Shown here: one piece after another, positions 1-18,130 of the stretch
Numbering within the stretch: the first letter of the stretch is position 1
Layout: every line of letters starts with the position of its first letter
Source of the DNA: Laetmonice hystrix
Lineage: Eukaryota
Direction of reading: 5' to 3'
Length of the DNA stretch: 64,000 nt
NCBI GenBank assembly: GCA_965235115.1
Contig: OZ249436.1
Location: forward strand, 35,280,001 to 35,344,000
Program-made: the position numbers and the translations under genes
The notes under the pieces: model-generated
The model's input: only the letters and a program-made list of their open reading frames with translations
What the model was told of the DNA's origin: nothing
Database searches by the model: none

Positions 1-246
1 AGCCTGAAAACAATAATGAAAAGATCACTACTCCATTATGAAATTATATATAAATATAATTAAATATTCTAGTAGAGCGTTGAACGTTTTTCTCTTTTAT
101 GGCCTAGTTAAACAGACAGATGCTCATTACTTTTTAATATCAAGAAAATATTTAGCGATCAAAAATTAGGTTCGAGAGTATAAGGGGACTCCCTCCCTTG
201 ACCTAGCCTCGTTCTTGTACAAAGGGTATCCCCAGGAAGTAAACAT
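1..246 (-). other. Probable 5' end of an unidentified gene divergent from IDNK, running off the left edge
   Basis: Minus strand: ATG at 246, donor-like ag|gtcaag at 203/202, strong acceptor tattgttttcag| at 4/3. Too short to identify. Confidence 0.3.
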
Positions 247-411
247 GCAGTTTCGAGCAAGTGTTTTTGGACAAAAGCCGGCGTGTTCTGCTTGAGTTAT
301 TTGAAAACCAAGATCCGCTGTGGAATTATCGTCCTGCGAATTTATTAGCAAGTAACGGTCAGCTAAGAGGAGAGAATAGTATCGCGCATCAAGTGACAAC
401 GAAGCTAAACG

Positions 412-3400
412 ATGATTATCGTAGTGATGGGCGTCAGTGGGAGTGGCAAGTACGTACGTTTGTACACCATCGTCGACCGGCGTCGCTCACACTCTGCACC
501 GCAGCACTCACTGCATCTCCTTCGAGCAACCACTCTCGCCTACATTATTACAACGAGATTAACGGCCGTCTAAGAACTTGTCACTTATAGATTCATTTTT
601 ATTACGTCCATCAAAATGAAACCATAAATATGGCATAAAAATGCCATACGCCAAGCAGACTTAACTGTACTTAATTCATAAACTTAAACTAGTTAAAGTT
701 AGGTTAAACCAGATTTTAAAACCTACTTTATTTTATGGTAGTGGCTATTTGCCCTGCAGCAGGGTGAATTGGAGAAGAAGATCAGCTATCCACCACACAA
801 TAGGGTCAATGGGAGACTTGAGACGCATGCGCAACGGCGCATTCCAGTAATATCCACGTGGCGGCAGCACTGTCGCCCCGGTCCTCTCAGCTGCAAATTA
901 GCATGACGTTATATAGGACGACGAAATGCTAATCTGTGACAGGATGCATTTAGACTATTTGTTATGAAAATTAATAACTCGATAAGCTTCGCCATGTTGA
1001 ATAGCTCCTAAACGCATCATAATATTTCATAACAAATAGCACTACGGCACCCAGCTACAGATTAGCATTTTGTCATCCTATCTAACGTCATACTAATGTG
1101 TAGTCATACGGGACCGAGGCGATAGTGCTGCCACCACGCAGAAAAGACGGGAACTCCATTATTTCGAGTCTCCCATTGCGGAAGCAGATCTGGGTCCTGC
1201 TATGTGCCTAATTAGGCTAATGGCAGCTGGGCACTAAAGTTAACCCAAACCTTACCTTAACCCTAACCCACTCTGAATAACCTTTGTACTTGTAAATTTA
1301 AAACACAGCCTTTTTAAAAAAAAGAAGAAAAAGTATGAATGATTCGGCTGGCTTTTGAACCCGTGCCACCCATGCCACATGCATGGTCTGTCACACATGC
1401 TCCCCACTTCACTAATGGAGCTGTTGCGATATTTGGTCCTACTGGGCTGTATACTAATGTCATGAGGTTGATATGGGGGACACGTGGCTAGAATCACATG
1501 CATTCATTGGTTCATCGTTGCTGTGCAGCTTTCATAAGCAAATCTGCAATGCTTATTCGCACAGCTGTGGGGCAAATAGCCAGTGCCTTACTTTATTTAG
1601 CCTAAATTTGATCTAAGTTCTAAATATATCGGAGATTAATACTGATAGACATAGACATTTTGCCTGATGGTAACTTCCCCCCCCCAGCCCTGGTTTTAAG
1701 TTTGGAAACCGACAAGTCTTAAGATTCAAATCTTAAGACTGAACTCTTGTTTCAGAGCTTCTGATTGGTCCTTCAAATGAAGTCAGCAAATGAGAGACCA
1801 TAACACAAGTCAGCCTTAAAATTCCAGTCTTAAGATTGGTAAAATGACGAACTAAAAATCGGGCCCAGGGCACAATGCTAAATTGTTTCCTTTTTGCCTG
1901 GAAATAACGCTTGAAGTTTTGACCAAGGTTTTTGAAATGACTTTTATTGATCATTTCGATGTTTTAATGCGACTAGTCGACCCGAGTGTGTGATTTCATG
2001 ACCCTGGAAATTTATACCCCCATGACCTTGGAAAGACAACGTGCCCCCCGCCCCCTTGGCCCTTGCATAGGCCTCTTCCCCCCTTCTCAACCACCCAGGA
2101 TTCCTGGATTTGCAACGGATGATCTTGATATTGTATACAGGGGCAAATACTAGCCTTAGATTTTGAGTTAAACATATATTTGTGTAGTATGATACTGAAC
2201 AAGAGATGGTGTAATCATGTAGGTTTATACTGAAATGTTAATGTGTTTTTCTCCTACAGGTCTACCATAGGAGATGCGCTTTCCAAGAAGGCCAGTATAA
2301 TCTTCTACAGGCAGGGCGAGCCTCGCTAAATATGCAGTTGTTGCATTTGTATTCCTTTTTTTACAATATAAAGTGTTAAATTGTGACAAGGGAAAAATTT
2401 TCACTTTTTCAAAACCTTTTGTTTGTAGTCGTGGGTAAAAAGACTTCAAATCTTGGTAAAAACAGCAATTTAGATGTGACAATGTTTTTTGTCAACTATG
2501 TTTATTATAGTATAAAGGGGGAAGGGGTAGCTATTTTTAATTCTTTCTGTACATGCTCATTAATCCAATAAGAGATACAACATAATTTTAGCTTTGTAAA
2601 CCATGCCTGATTACTTTTTGCAAAAAGAATCAAGAGACCAAATATTAGCAAAAATACACAATGGGACACTCAGCCTATAGTATGAGAAACTACCAGTAGG
2701 TGGCTAAAAGTAGTGTTCTGCCACCAGGGGTTAGGAGTGTGCCAGGAACAGTGAGCAGCTCCTTACTGACTACATGTACTTTATTTCTGATTTACAGTTA
2801 AATTGTGCTTTTGCTGAAGCAGACCAATACCATCCAGATTCCAACAAGCAGAAAATGAGAAATGGAATTCAACTGTCAGATGAGGTAAGGACTACATCCT
2901 TAAATGTTAATGGCAGTTGATTTATCATTTCCTTACATGAAGTTGCAACAATGTCATTGAAAACTGAGTGTGTATTTTCACAAACTTATTTTTCAGGACC
3001 GATGGCCATGGCTACTACAGTTGCATGACATAATTTACAGGTATTTAAAAAAAATGATAGAGGATAGTAGCAATTTTAAAATGACAAGTTCTAAATGTAG
3101 GATTATTTGATCTGATAGAGAAAATGATAAATTGTGATGGAAAAATATTTTTTAATTTTTGTCACGAAAGAGTTAAAGACTCGGAGACTACTTGAATTTT
3201 TTGTCTGAAGCAGAACAGAATGATACTAATTTCACTTAAAAAGTACACTCCCCATTTAGTCCCAAACAGTAAGAGGGCCTAATTAACAGTGACTGGGCTA
3301 TACCACCAGATAGGACAGTCTTATAATACAACACTATGCAGCTGGGAAGTTCAGTGCTCCACATGAAAAGAATAGATTTGGGCCTTTTTTCAGAAGTGAG

Positions 3401-3903
3401 CTATGAGAAACATAGACTGTAATATCAATTATATTCTGCTTATTAATTTGTGCTATTTCAGCTTGTATGAAGCTGGAGCCATGGGTGTGGTAACGTGTTC
3501 AGCCCTTAAGAAGATATATCGCCAAGTACTTGTGAAGGGACCCGCTATTCTTGGCCAGTCTCCAGGCAACTCTCACATATCACACAATGTCACAGATGAT
3601 AGTCTTGGTGCCAGTGGAGGGTCCTTAAGTGCATCAGCAAATGACAATACTGAAGCATGTGCCAATTCTGTAGTCTTTGTCTACCTGAGGACGAGTGAAT
3701 CGGTGCTGAGATCGAGACTGGAGACAAGACAAGGTCACTACATGCCAGCTTCATTACTGACGTCACAGTTGGAGATGCTTGAGGAGCCAGGCAACGCTGA
3801 ACAGCACATCTCTATCACTGTAGGTGACAGATCAGTACAGGACATTGTGAAAGAAGTGGAAGACAAGTTAAGGCAGATCTACGGCCTTAGACCTGACCAA
3901 TAG
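412..3903 (+). CDS. IDNK: Gluconokinase (GntK/IdnK family), 5 exons: 412-449, 2260-2290, 2798-2884, 2997-3040, 3462-3903; 213 aa
   Basis: Spliced translation: MIIVVMGVSGSGK/STIGDALSKK (P-loop), LNCAFAEADQYHPDSNKQKMRNGIQLSDE, DRWPWL, CSALKKIYRQVL, RLETRQGHYMPASLLTSQLEMLEEP. Exon lengths total 642 nt in frame. Intron 2 requires a GC donor at 2291. AATAAA at 4611-4616. Confidence 0.93.
807..1178. mobile_element. Foldback/MITE-like element with long imperfect inverted arms in IDNK intron 1
   Basis: caatgggagacttgaga at 807 pairs with tcgagtctcccattg ending 1178. Inner blocks also pair (gtggcggcagcactgtcgcc / ggcgatagtgctgccaccac; aaatgctaatctgt / acagattagcattt; ctatttgttatgaaa / tttcataacaaatag). 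Confidence 0.8.
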
Positions 3904-4091
3904 CAAAAGCACCCAATATGCACAGATATAGGGGGGTAATCTACATTGTACTTCAAAAAGCCTAATATTGCTGTTGACAGAAGGTTTATTTCTATGAGTA
4001 TGAATCGAGGTTTGTTTATTGTGCTTTACACCACCAAGCTTCAATATGTTGAAATTACATCGCAATATTGTAACGGCACTCCGTCCCATAA

Positions 4092-4483
4092 GGCCAAAAA
4101 AAAAAATAGATTCGTTTCTTGTCCCCGCGCGCGTCACCTAAAAACCCCCGCGTCAAGTCTTTTTTTTTCAAATCCAACTGCTTCATATGGTGGGCAGTGT
4201 AGCGCTGTGACAGAACGTTGCAACCGTTCTTTGGCGTTGGCGTTTTTCTGTTAGTCTTGTTGATTTTATGCGAGTTTTACACATTCTAAAACATTGAACA
4301 TCATTGCATTAGTCTTTTCTTCAAGATTTATGTACCCAACAGCAATTGCATTCGAAAAATCGGCCGTTGTCTAGTTTCATCCCCCCAAAAAAAAGAAAGA
4401 TGAAAAAAAAAAAAAAAACCGCGTCACCGCACCAATTTTTTTATATGAAAGGACAAGAAACGAAACTTTTTTTTTTTTTGGCC
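4092..4483. mobile_element. Tourist-like (PIF/Harbinger) MITE in IDNK 3' UTR
   Basis: TIRs ggccaaaaaaaaaaa...ttcgtttcttgtcc / ggacaagaaacgaaa...tttttggcc, flanked by TAA on both sides (4089-4091, 4484-4486). Confidence 0.8.
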
Positions 4484-6483
4484 TAACCTTGTTTCAATAT
4501 TATTTATGAATTTTAGACATGGGGAGGGTGAAGGAAGATAACCCAAAGGATTGAAAGATTGACATTTCTACTGAGTTCACTCATTCACCGTGATATATAT
4601 CAAATTTCGAAATAAAGATACTTATTTGAATTTAGCCTGCAATGACTCGTGTATATAAAGTGACTGTAGGTACGTCAAAATATTGTTTCATTTTAAGACC
4701 ACCAGTAAGAAGAACATAAAAATGGCATTGTGAAGCAAAAACAATAGTCAGCATGATATTCTGACAGAAGTTGTTACTCATTGTTTTAAGGTTAGAAGTG
4801 TTTTTTGAGTGACTTTATACAGCTTTATGGTGTACAAAATACAGTGGTTACAACATTGATCTGTTGGAAAATTTGGGCTTGGAATATGGTATAAAAAGTG
4901 CAAGAAATTGATGTCGGGGACATAGGGCTAAAATGTTTTGCTCATGCCTGCAACTAATTTTAGGCATACTAAGTCTCCCTTTTCGTTAAAATACATTAAA
5001 TGGAAACGTTTGTTTGGCAAGACGACTCATTGACTTCAATAGCCCAAATAATGCTGTCTTTAATAGTTAAAAACGTGAGAACTTTTAGGAAATTGTAATA
5101 TTATTAGTGTAAGCACAAGGACCAGTATAAACTGCATCCCAAGGTGGGTTCCTGTCGTGTACTCAAACAATTGTATTTCAATTTATATTGTGTAGTTAGC
5201 ATTAATTTCAGGGAAATCCTTGTGTAAAAGTGTTAACTTCAGTGGGTCACTTTGTAAACTCATGGCATAATTTGTATTAGCCAAAACTTGGATGCCTGCA
5301 TGGAATTCAGTGACTCTGATGCAACAGTGTATGGATTTATTATAATTTGTGGAGGCAGTGATGAAGGTCATACTGCTAAAATCGCGAGGGGTGAAGGTCA
5401 ACGGTAGGAGGGCACTTTATTTTCTATATAATTTCACTCTGGGGAAAAAAATAAAGTCAGCACATTACATCTTTAGTGTGGTAACCCTACTGTAGAAATA
5501 CACTCTGACATAAAAGCAACAAAAGCAACTAGGATAAATCTTCATTGACAAAACCTGCGGCCTTGCACTGCAGAGTTTCTAAGTTTTTCTTTAAAAAATC
5601 TATGCAGCATACATTTGGGAATGCACTTTCCACTTGAAGAATATAAACTGCATGTCAGATAATTTATCCATGCATTCCAAAATTGTATCAATTGTTATTG
5701 TGCAACATGAGACTGCATTACTGTATTTGAGTCTAGTCATGCCTAAGGAAAACCAAGCCAAATGTACCCATAAAAATATCTGTCACTTACCGAAAAAACA
5801 CTTTCGTTGAAGATTGTACTTATCTCTTGAGTGGTTGTATAATCAAACATATCACATGCAAAAAAGTATATAAAGTGTCCTAGTAATAGATATATGGCGG
5901 ACAACCTCGTATTACCTGTAGGCCTACAAGCGAAGAGTCTAGACTTACAAGCCACGGACTCATGACCTTTACACTTGTATGGTACAGTTATATATGACTG
6001 ATAGGTCAGTATTTTACTGGTGGCATCAAGATTAACAGGCCAGTATTGCTTTTCCAGTACATTAGGGTGAAAAAGGAATGAGGAAGAAATGATTTACAGA
6101 TATACGAGTGTACAATCGTTCGGGAGATGACATGGAAATAGGCATCGATAAGTATGTGACAAACGTGATATAGCATCAGATCATATGTCTGGTCTATTTT
6201 CCCAGGGTTGTTGGGTGCCCACATACATCCATTTCCTGTGTTCATTAAATTGTATTGTCAAGCTCCCCATAGTTCTATGGTCTTCTTTGATTCTGATGTT
6301 CGTAAACACCGGATAGATGATAGCCGCATTGAAGGCCCACCTCCATTGGCTCCAAAGTCGTGGCCCTAAGGACACCGTTAATTGCTCCACTCGCCAGCAG
6401 GGGTCACTTAGGGACACGTGCCACGTGACGTGCTGGGACCAAAGGAATAGCCCGAAATTTGCACATAGGGCCTATAACACATG

Positions 6484-6890
6484 CAGTGGCGGATCCGGGG
6501 GGGGGGATACAAAGGGCACTTGGGGCGAGATGGGGTGCCGCTGCGCACCCCCTGCACCCCACCCCCCACCGCCTATGCAGCTTTTATTCGACTGTTTAGG
6601 CTACTCACTGGGGCCTGGGGGGAGCGGTTTGAGAAAGTGCCCTTCTATAGCAACCCCCCCCCCCAACCGCCCACCCCCCCCCCCGTCTTGAAAATCTTGG
6701 ATCCGCCCCTGTATCAGTGGGCCTAGAAAGCTAGATACAGGGGCGTAGGAAACTGGGGGCAGAGGGGGCTGCTGCCCCCCCAATATTTATAAAATGACCG
6801 CATGGCTCAATGCTAAAGCATAGGCGTAAGTCATTGTGACGTCACTTCTGCCCCCCCCCCCCCCATATTTTTTTCTTTCCTACACTACTG
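6484..6890. mobile_element. Two adjacent poly-G/poly-C MITE-like elements (about 6484-6711 and 6738-6890)
   Basis: TIR pairs cagtggcggatcc / ggatccgcccctg and caggggcgtaggaaa / tttcctacactactg, with G and C runs inside. Confidence 0.65.
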
Positions 6891-7464
6891 CTATATGCAG
6901 TGTAATCCTTGGTGTAACTGTTAATTTTCATTATCCCAACTACATTCGAACTTGATGTGAACACATATCAATAGGCCTATCACAAAGACTTTTTTTGCGT
7001 GGAGTGGATAGGCCTACAAAGTCAAAGCAAAGGCGGATCCAGGGGGCACGGGGGCACGTGCCCCCCCCCCCTTTACTCTTTAGTTTAGGCCTAGCTGCAG
7101 AGATCGAGCTACCGCCATGCAGAGGAAGAAAATTTGCGAAAAAAATAGCCACTTAGGCTAAGTTGTCTCAACTTTATTATGAATCTTGCAAATTTTAGGG
7201 CAGTGGCAGAACTGATCGAGGGGGTCCAACCCAATTATTAGTCATTCATTTATTTAGTTATTTTATTTATCTACTAATTTTGGTGGGTTTCAGGGAACCC
7301 GGAAATCCCCCTGCCCTCGCTACACCCTTGCCCCATGACGCCAACATAGCCTACATGTAGACATCTATAAAAAAAAATAGCTACTCATTTTTTTGTGCTG
7401 GCAATTTACAAGTCGTTCCTCGTGGTAGGGCAAGCAGCATGTCGTAGCAGCATGCCCACTGTTC

Positions 7465-7474
7465 GTCACGTGAC
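7465..7474. promoter_or_regulatory. Palindromic extended E-box GTCACGTGAC (USF/MiT-TFE CLEAR-type) just upstream of the PSMC3 start codon
   Basis: Exact 10-bp palindrome about 30 nt before ATG 7507, in a CpG-containing stretch. Function is inferred. Confidence 0.45.
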
Positions 7475-7506
7475 CCTTTCCTCGAGGACCGGTGCGAGAA
7501 GACAAC

Positions 7507-13237
<5,731 letters not shown>

Positions 13238-13974
13238 GGACAAATACTATGCTGGCACTTGTGGGTGGGAAAGGAAGGTAACTAATTGTAGGGATTAAAC
13301 ATTCGTCAGTCAAATATGCCAGATGAAAGGACAAGACATGCAGGATCAGTTGATGGGGAAGTACCCCATTGAAAGAAGATTCTCTACAGAGCTGTTTGAA
13401 TTTTGAAGAAAAATTATGAATTGGAGCATGGAGAGTATCATTACCTCTGCAGCAGCAGTTTGATATCACTAGTTGTAATGTTTAGTACATCTATTTGACC
13501 AGCATATTCTAATGGTTTAGATGTATATATGGAAGGTCTGTCATATATAAATTAATAAATATCATTTTCTGCAACGATGCTGCATCAGCGTTTGTTATTG
13601 GTGAATATTCACTGTGACATGTTCTAAGATTGTGCAGGCTGCTAAGTTATTGGGAATGTTGAAGAGATTCCTAAAGCAAGTCCCGACTTCGAGAGTTAAA
13701 CAGGGATTATTAATTTCATGACGTCATTCTGGCCTATAAAATCCTGAAGGTCCCCTGAGAATGTTACAGTCGACTGTCAACTGCAGCCTACTTGGTCTCA
13801 TTAAAAATCAGCTGACTTCCAGCAAAGCTTCAGTTTTACCTTCCCCCAAAAAGGCAACCTGTGATGATTTACTTCTGCTTATGCCAATCACTTCTCTATT
13901 ACGGCCCCAAAAGGCAATATTAAACTATACAAAGCGACTGTCATATTGAGTTAAGACCTTGGTTTAACGCTTAA

Positions 13975-14258
13975 TCCCCCTTGGTAACTTCCATTCCCAG
14001 GGGCCCGTTACACGACTGTCTGTTCGTTAAAATTGTCATTGAAAATACATGCGGAAATTAACGAACGGACAGTCATGCAACTGGCCCCAGACAACATTTC
14101 TGGGTAAGGGTTAGGGTTAATGTCATGGATAGGGATAGGGATGTTATGTCTTTGGGAGGTGTATTGACAGAGTTGTAGTAGTTAGGGATAAGGTCAGGGC
14201 TACGGATCTTTACTTCCGACAAAGTTTCGTCAGTTTGAAGTTACCACGGGGGATATAC
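13975..14258 (+). mobile_element. Dispersed repeat with (t)aggg-type internal microsatellite, carrying a nested 87-bp MITE (14001-14087)
   Basis: Aligns by eye with 37165-37352 (ggtaacttcca.tcccag...tgggtaagggtt.gggttaa...ttatgtctttgggaggtg...gttagggataaggtcagggcta...aagttaccacggggga). The insert is palindromic and flanked by CAG/CAG. Confidence 0.8.
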
Positions 14259-17200
14259 CGGTTTAACCCATCCCTAAACTTAGTGTATTGCTAGAAGCCT
14301 CCCAAATCCTCCCCCTCCCCATGTTTAATGAATATGAACTCGCTTCTGAATTCCTCTTCGTTTTATTTTTTCACTTTACGTCACCTCACATTTCCGCCGT
14401 TATAATAATATATCGTCACGTACAGCCACTTGTGCATCAAGAAGAGTATCTGCAGCATTGGACTTTTGAAATACAGTACACATGTACTTCGATGGCAAAG
14501 GGAGTACAAATTATAAACCTAGTTCAGACTTTTATATCGTAACCTTGCATTTTGTAACCACCTACATGTACACGCCAGTGTGTAACCAGGTAACAGTATT
14601 AACAGATTTGTTTACCCCTCTAGATCATAACAATATATACAGAACAGACAAGGTCAGATTAATGTTCCCACTGTCGCCAAATGAATCCGCTGACCCCTTA
14701 CATCAATGTGCTATGGCATCTTGAAAAGCAACTGTTGGGACTTTCTGTCGACATCTGGAATTATTTAAAAATAGAACCTTTAAATGAAGTTCAACAAATG
14801 TCATTACTAGGGATTATACTACACAAATATAAAAAAAAACCGACTGGCAAATCTTGCCAACATATATAATACAGTCAGCAATCCTGTCTTGCAAACATTT
14901 GTTAACACACACCTTTTCCTTTTGTTCTAAATTATTCTAAATCTAGTCTGTTTAACAAAAGTCGTCCAAAAGGACATCTGTGCAATAGCCACGTCGACTA
15001 CCTTTCAGTATGTTCTGTACAAAAGCATGGACCATTGTAACGTCTTCTCTACACGGAAATGATTTACATATTTGTAGAATGCAACAAATGGCGGGGCATG
15101 CACTATAAAGGTTCCCTGCACAGAAATGATTTGAAGACTTTTTAGTGAAATTTTATGCAGTATGTATGCCAAACATTATCTGTTACTGTTACAGAAGGGC
15201 GACATATCTTTGCCAGTGGGATGGAGTAGTACCTAGTCTCGCGCCCTTATCAACAATCTTTTGCTCTTTTCTTTTTTAACAATTAGCAAATGTTAGTCAA
15301 GATACTATTTTCAGTGCTGAATCCTTTTTAAAACGTCACTAGTCGTGCTTCTTAATTTAATTGGGTTGGTGCACTATGGTAGGAACGTCTTCACTAAAGG
15401 CTTGTCAATGAAGGAGGCTTCTCCCTCAACCAGCGACTGTCATGTCAAAACTCCAAAATGCAGACAATGGGACGGGCTGACTCCAATACACTGTACTTTA
15501 GCAGCACCCTATTTTACCATCGATAACGATTTACACAATAGCTTTCGACAGGCAATAACAAATTTCAGAGTTTATTTACATATACAAGTGTTCAATTACC
15601 ACACGCTCCTTTACTGGACAGACTTCAATGTGATCTTCAAAATACACAGTATAAAGACACAAGGAATAATAAACTACCGGGTAATCTTCTCTTTTACATT
15701 TCTTTAGAATTCTACCAACCTTTTTTCAATTGTTCACATCTCAGTGCATTTGTATACTGGTAGTAGAACCATTTTTAGGAACCAAAAGAAATTCAATTAA
15801 CATTTTGCATACCTATTTTCTTCTCCAGTTGTGCTAATTATGATGTATTGTAGGAGTGAAGAATGCATATGAAAGAAATCGTCACTACCAGGGTCGTCTA
15901 GACCACGTGAAAAAAGGTCGATTAAATCAGTAACCACTAACAGTCATCATACCGTATAACCTTCAAAAGCCAAACCAATACAGGGTTAGATCTCCTAGAT
16001 GCATTACCGGTAGTCTTTTCCTTCAGAAAATGTGTAAATACATGAATAAAAATTGTTTCTTTACACAACAAGACTTGCCTGAGAATTATACAGACAAATA
16101 TCACAGAATTACCGATACAATAGGTCAGAGTTGGGTCATGTCATTTTGAACAAAATTCTTGCAGTCTACATAATAAAAGGCCACTCCTATAGAAATAATA
16201 TAATCTTCATACGAAGAATACATAGGCCTAGTGAATAAGTCTCATACAATAGTCTGCTTGAATCCCCAGCAACTTCTGTACACCATACATGCTATGTTTG
16301 TATGTCGTATTAAGTTCACCGACCAATTGGTACATGCCGAGGGGTGTAGTTCATTCATTATTCACCTCGGATGGCATGTCTAGAACAAAGTTCATGTAAA
16401 ACTGTATAACTCATCATGGTTGAGAGCAGAGGCGATACTAGTATCTGCATCTCATAGTTACTAATATCATACTGAACTTAACACTCCCCTCCCCAGCAAA
16501 CAAAGTAAAAAAACAAGTTCATAAAGTACAAGCATTTTTTAGGCATAGAAATGAGACTGTGTCAATACAAGCTTTAAAATGTCTATTTCTAAAGCAAATC
16601 TTTCTTTTCTTTTACAAATAAAATACCTGTAACGATAACCTTTTTCTGTAACGTAAATTCTAGACTGTGCTGATAAATAATTATAAGGCAAGAGGCATGA
16701 ACAAAAGTCAGCTATAAACGGTAATTTACTTCGGGCACAAGGGAACATTTTCTGATGACATAACTATTGTGGTAGAGAGGTCCTTAAAGGATATACCATA
16801 GTTCCTGTAGATAGGCTCAGTAAACAACCATTTTTGTCTTTAAGTTTAAAAACGTGCTATAATTGGATATGAAAACATGTTGTAGCTTTCCCTATCAAGA
16901 AGGATAATATAATCGTAGATGTGTTGAAGAACTCAGATACTACACTTTTAATCACAAAAGTTCTCACTCTAATGCTTGCAGGATGCAATTCAATGCAAGG
17001 TAGTCCACTACATAGCGAAACATGTTTTAATATGCAGGTTACATGCAAGTCATATCATGCCCCCAGTATCAATGACTTGCCATTAATCTAAAACTGGGGG
17101 ATCTATACAGGGTACATGTTGAACAGATACATAATACCACCTCACATGTTCCAATGGTTTTTCTCTAGCCCCACCTACTTGTTGTACTGACATGACAAAC

Positions 17201-18130
17201 ACTGGTGCATCTTGAGTCCATTGATATCACATTTGATTACATGTGTGGTATGACTAGGATACACTGTTCACACACAGAGAGACACATAGAATCCAACGCA
17301 TTAGCAACATTTTATTTCTTTTGCAGCCTACATCATGTTGCCACACGGTAAACAAATATTTGGCTTTGCCGATGACGAAAACTTTCTTTGGAGCCCTTCT
17401 TCCCAACCATCACTAGTTTTGTTTCTGACAGATGGGTATATCGACATGCATCTATCCAGATATGTTAGTATCCCATTATCACGTTATTCCCATGTGGTGG
17501 ACTCGACCATTTCACAGGCTAGCAATAAAAATCCATTGAGCAACGTTGCATTTTCTGTCAGGTTTCCGTTTTAAGCAACAATTGAGTGCCCAGTATAAGG
17601 TGCGATCAACTTTAATGTGCTTTTTCAACCAAGTTCAATCAAGGCAGGCTGTTTATTATGGGGCCCAATAACACTTTGTGCACTTTAACACTTGTGGTCT
17701 GTCCTTTAGAGATGGCATTTGGTTCCATCATGTTCCCCTCATTCTGAACCTTCATCAGCTACAGCAAACTCAAAGCATGATCAGCATTGATGTACTGCAC
17801 ATAATATAAAGTGATCCTCTCTCATGACGGAACCTCATGAAGGTTCTAATTATCACAAATTCCCGCTCCCTACAAATGCATTCTTTCTGGTAGGTTTGCA
17901 TGAAGTACATCTGTAACCACACGACAAACTGATGACCAATATCCAAGTCAGGCATGCATGCATATGTGCACAGTCAATTGCATGGATGCACATTCACACC
18001 TTGGCACTAGTAACCATAATATGCTTTCATCCAAAAGGGTCCTATTGAACAGTCTATGATAAAATTACCTCAGTAGTCAACAAGTCAAAGGCATTGGCTG
18101 TCTGTGTACCATAGGGTTCGGCTGACGACC

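Noticed and set aside
1241..1270. Telomere-like taaccc repeats (also about 14103-14140 and 24860-24880)
   Set aside because: Short, degenerate and embedded in dispersed repeats; not a telomere.
3540..3670. Low-complexity insertion in gluconokinase
   Set aside because: Animal IDNK proteins commonly have a variable loop at this position; not novel.
6006..6783. Cluster of 60-124 aa ORFs on both strands
   Set aside because: Largely read through poly-G/C MITEs; no motif or coherent exon chain found.
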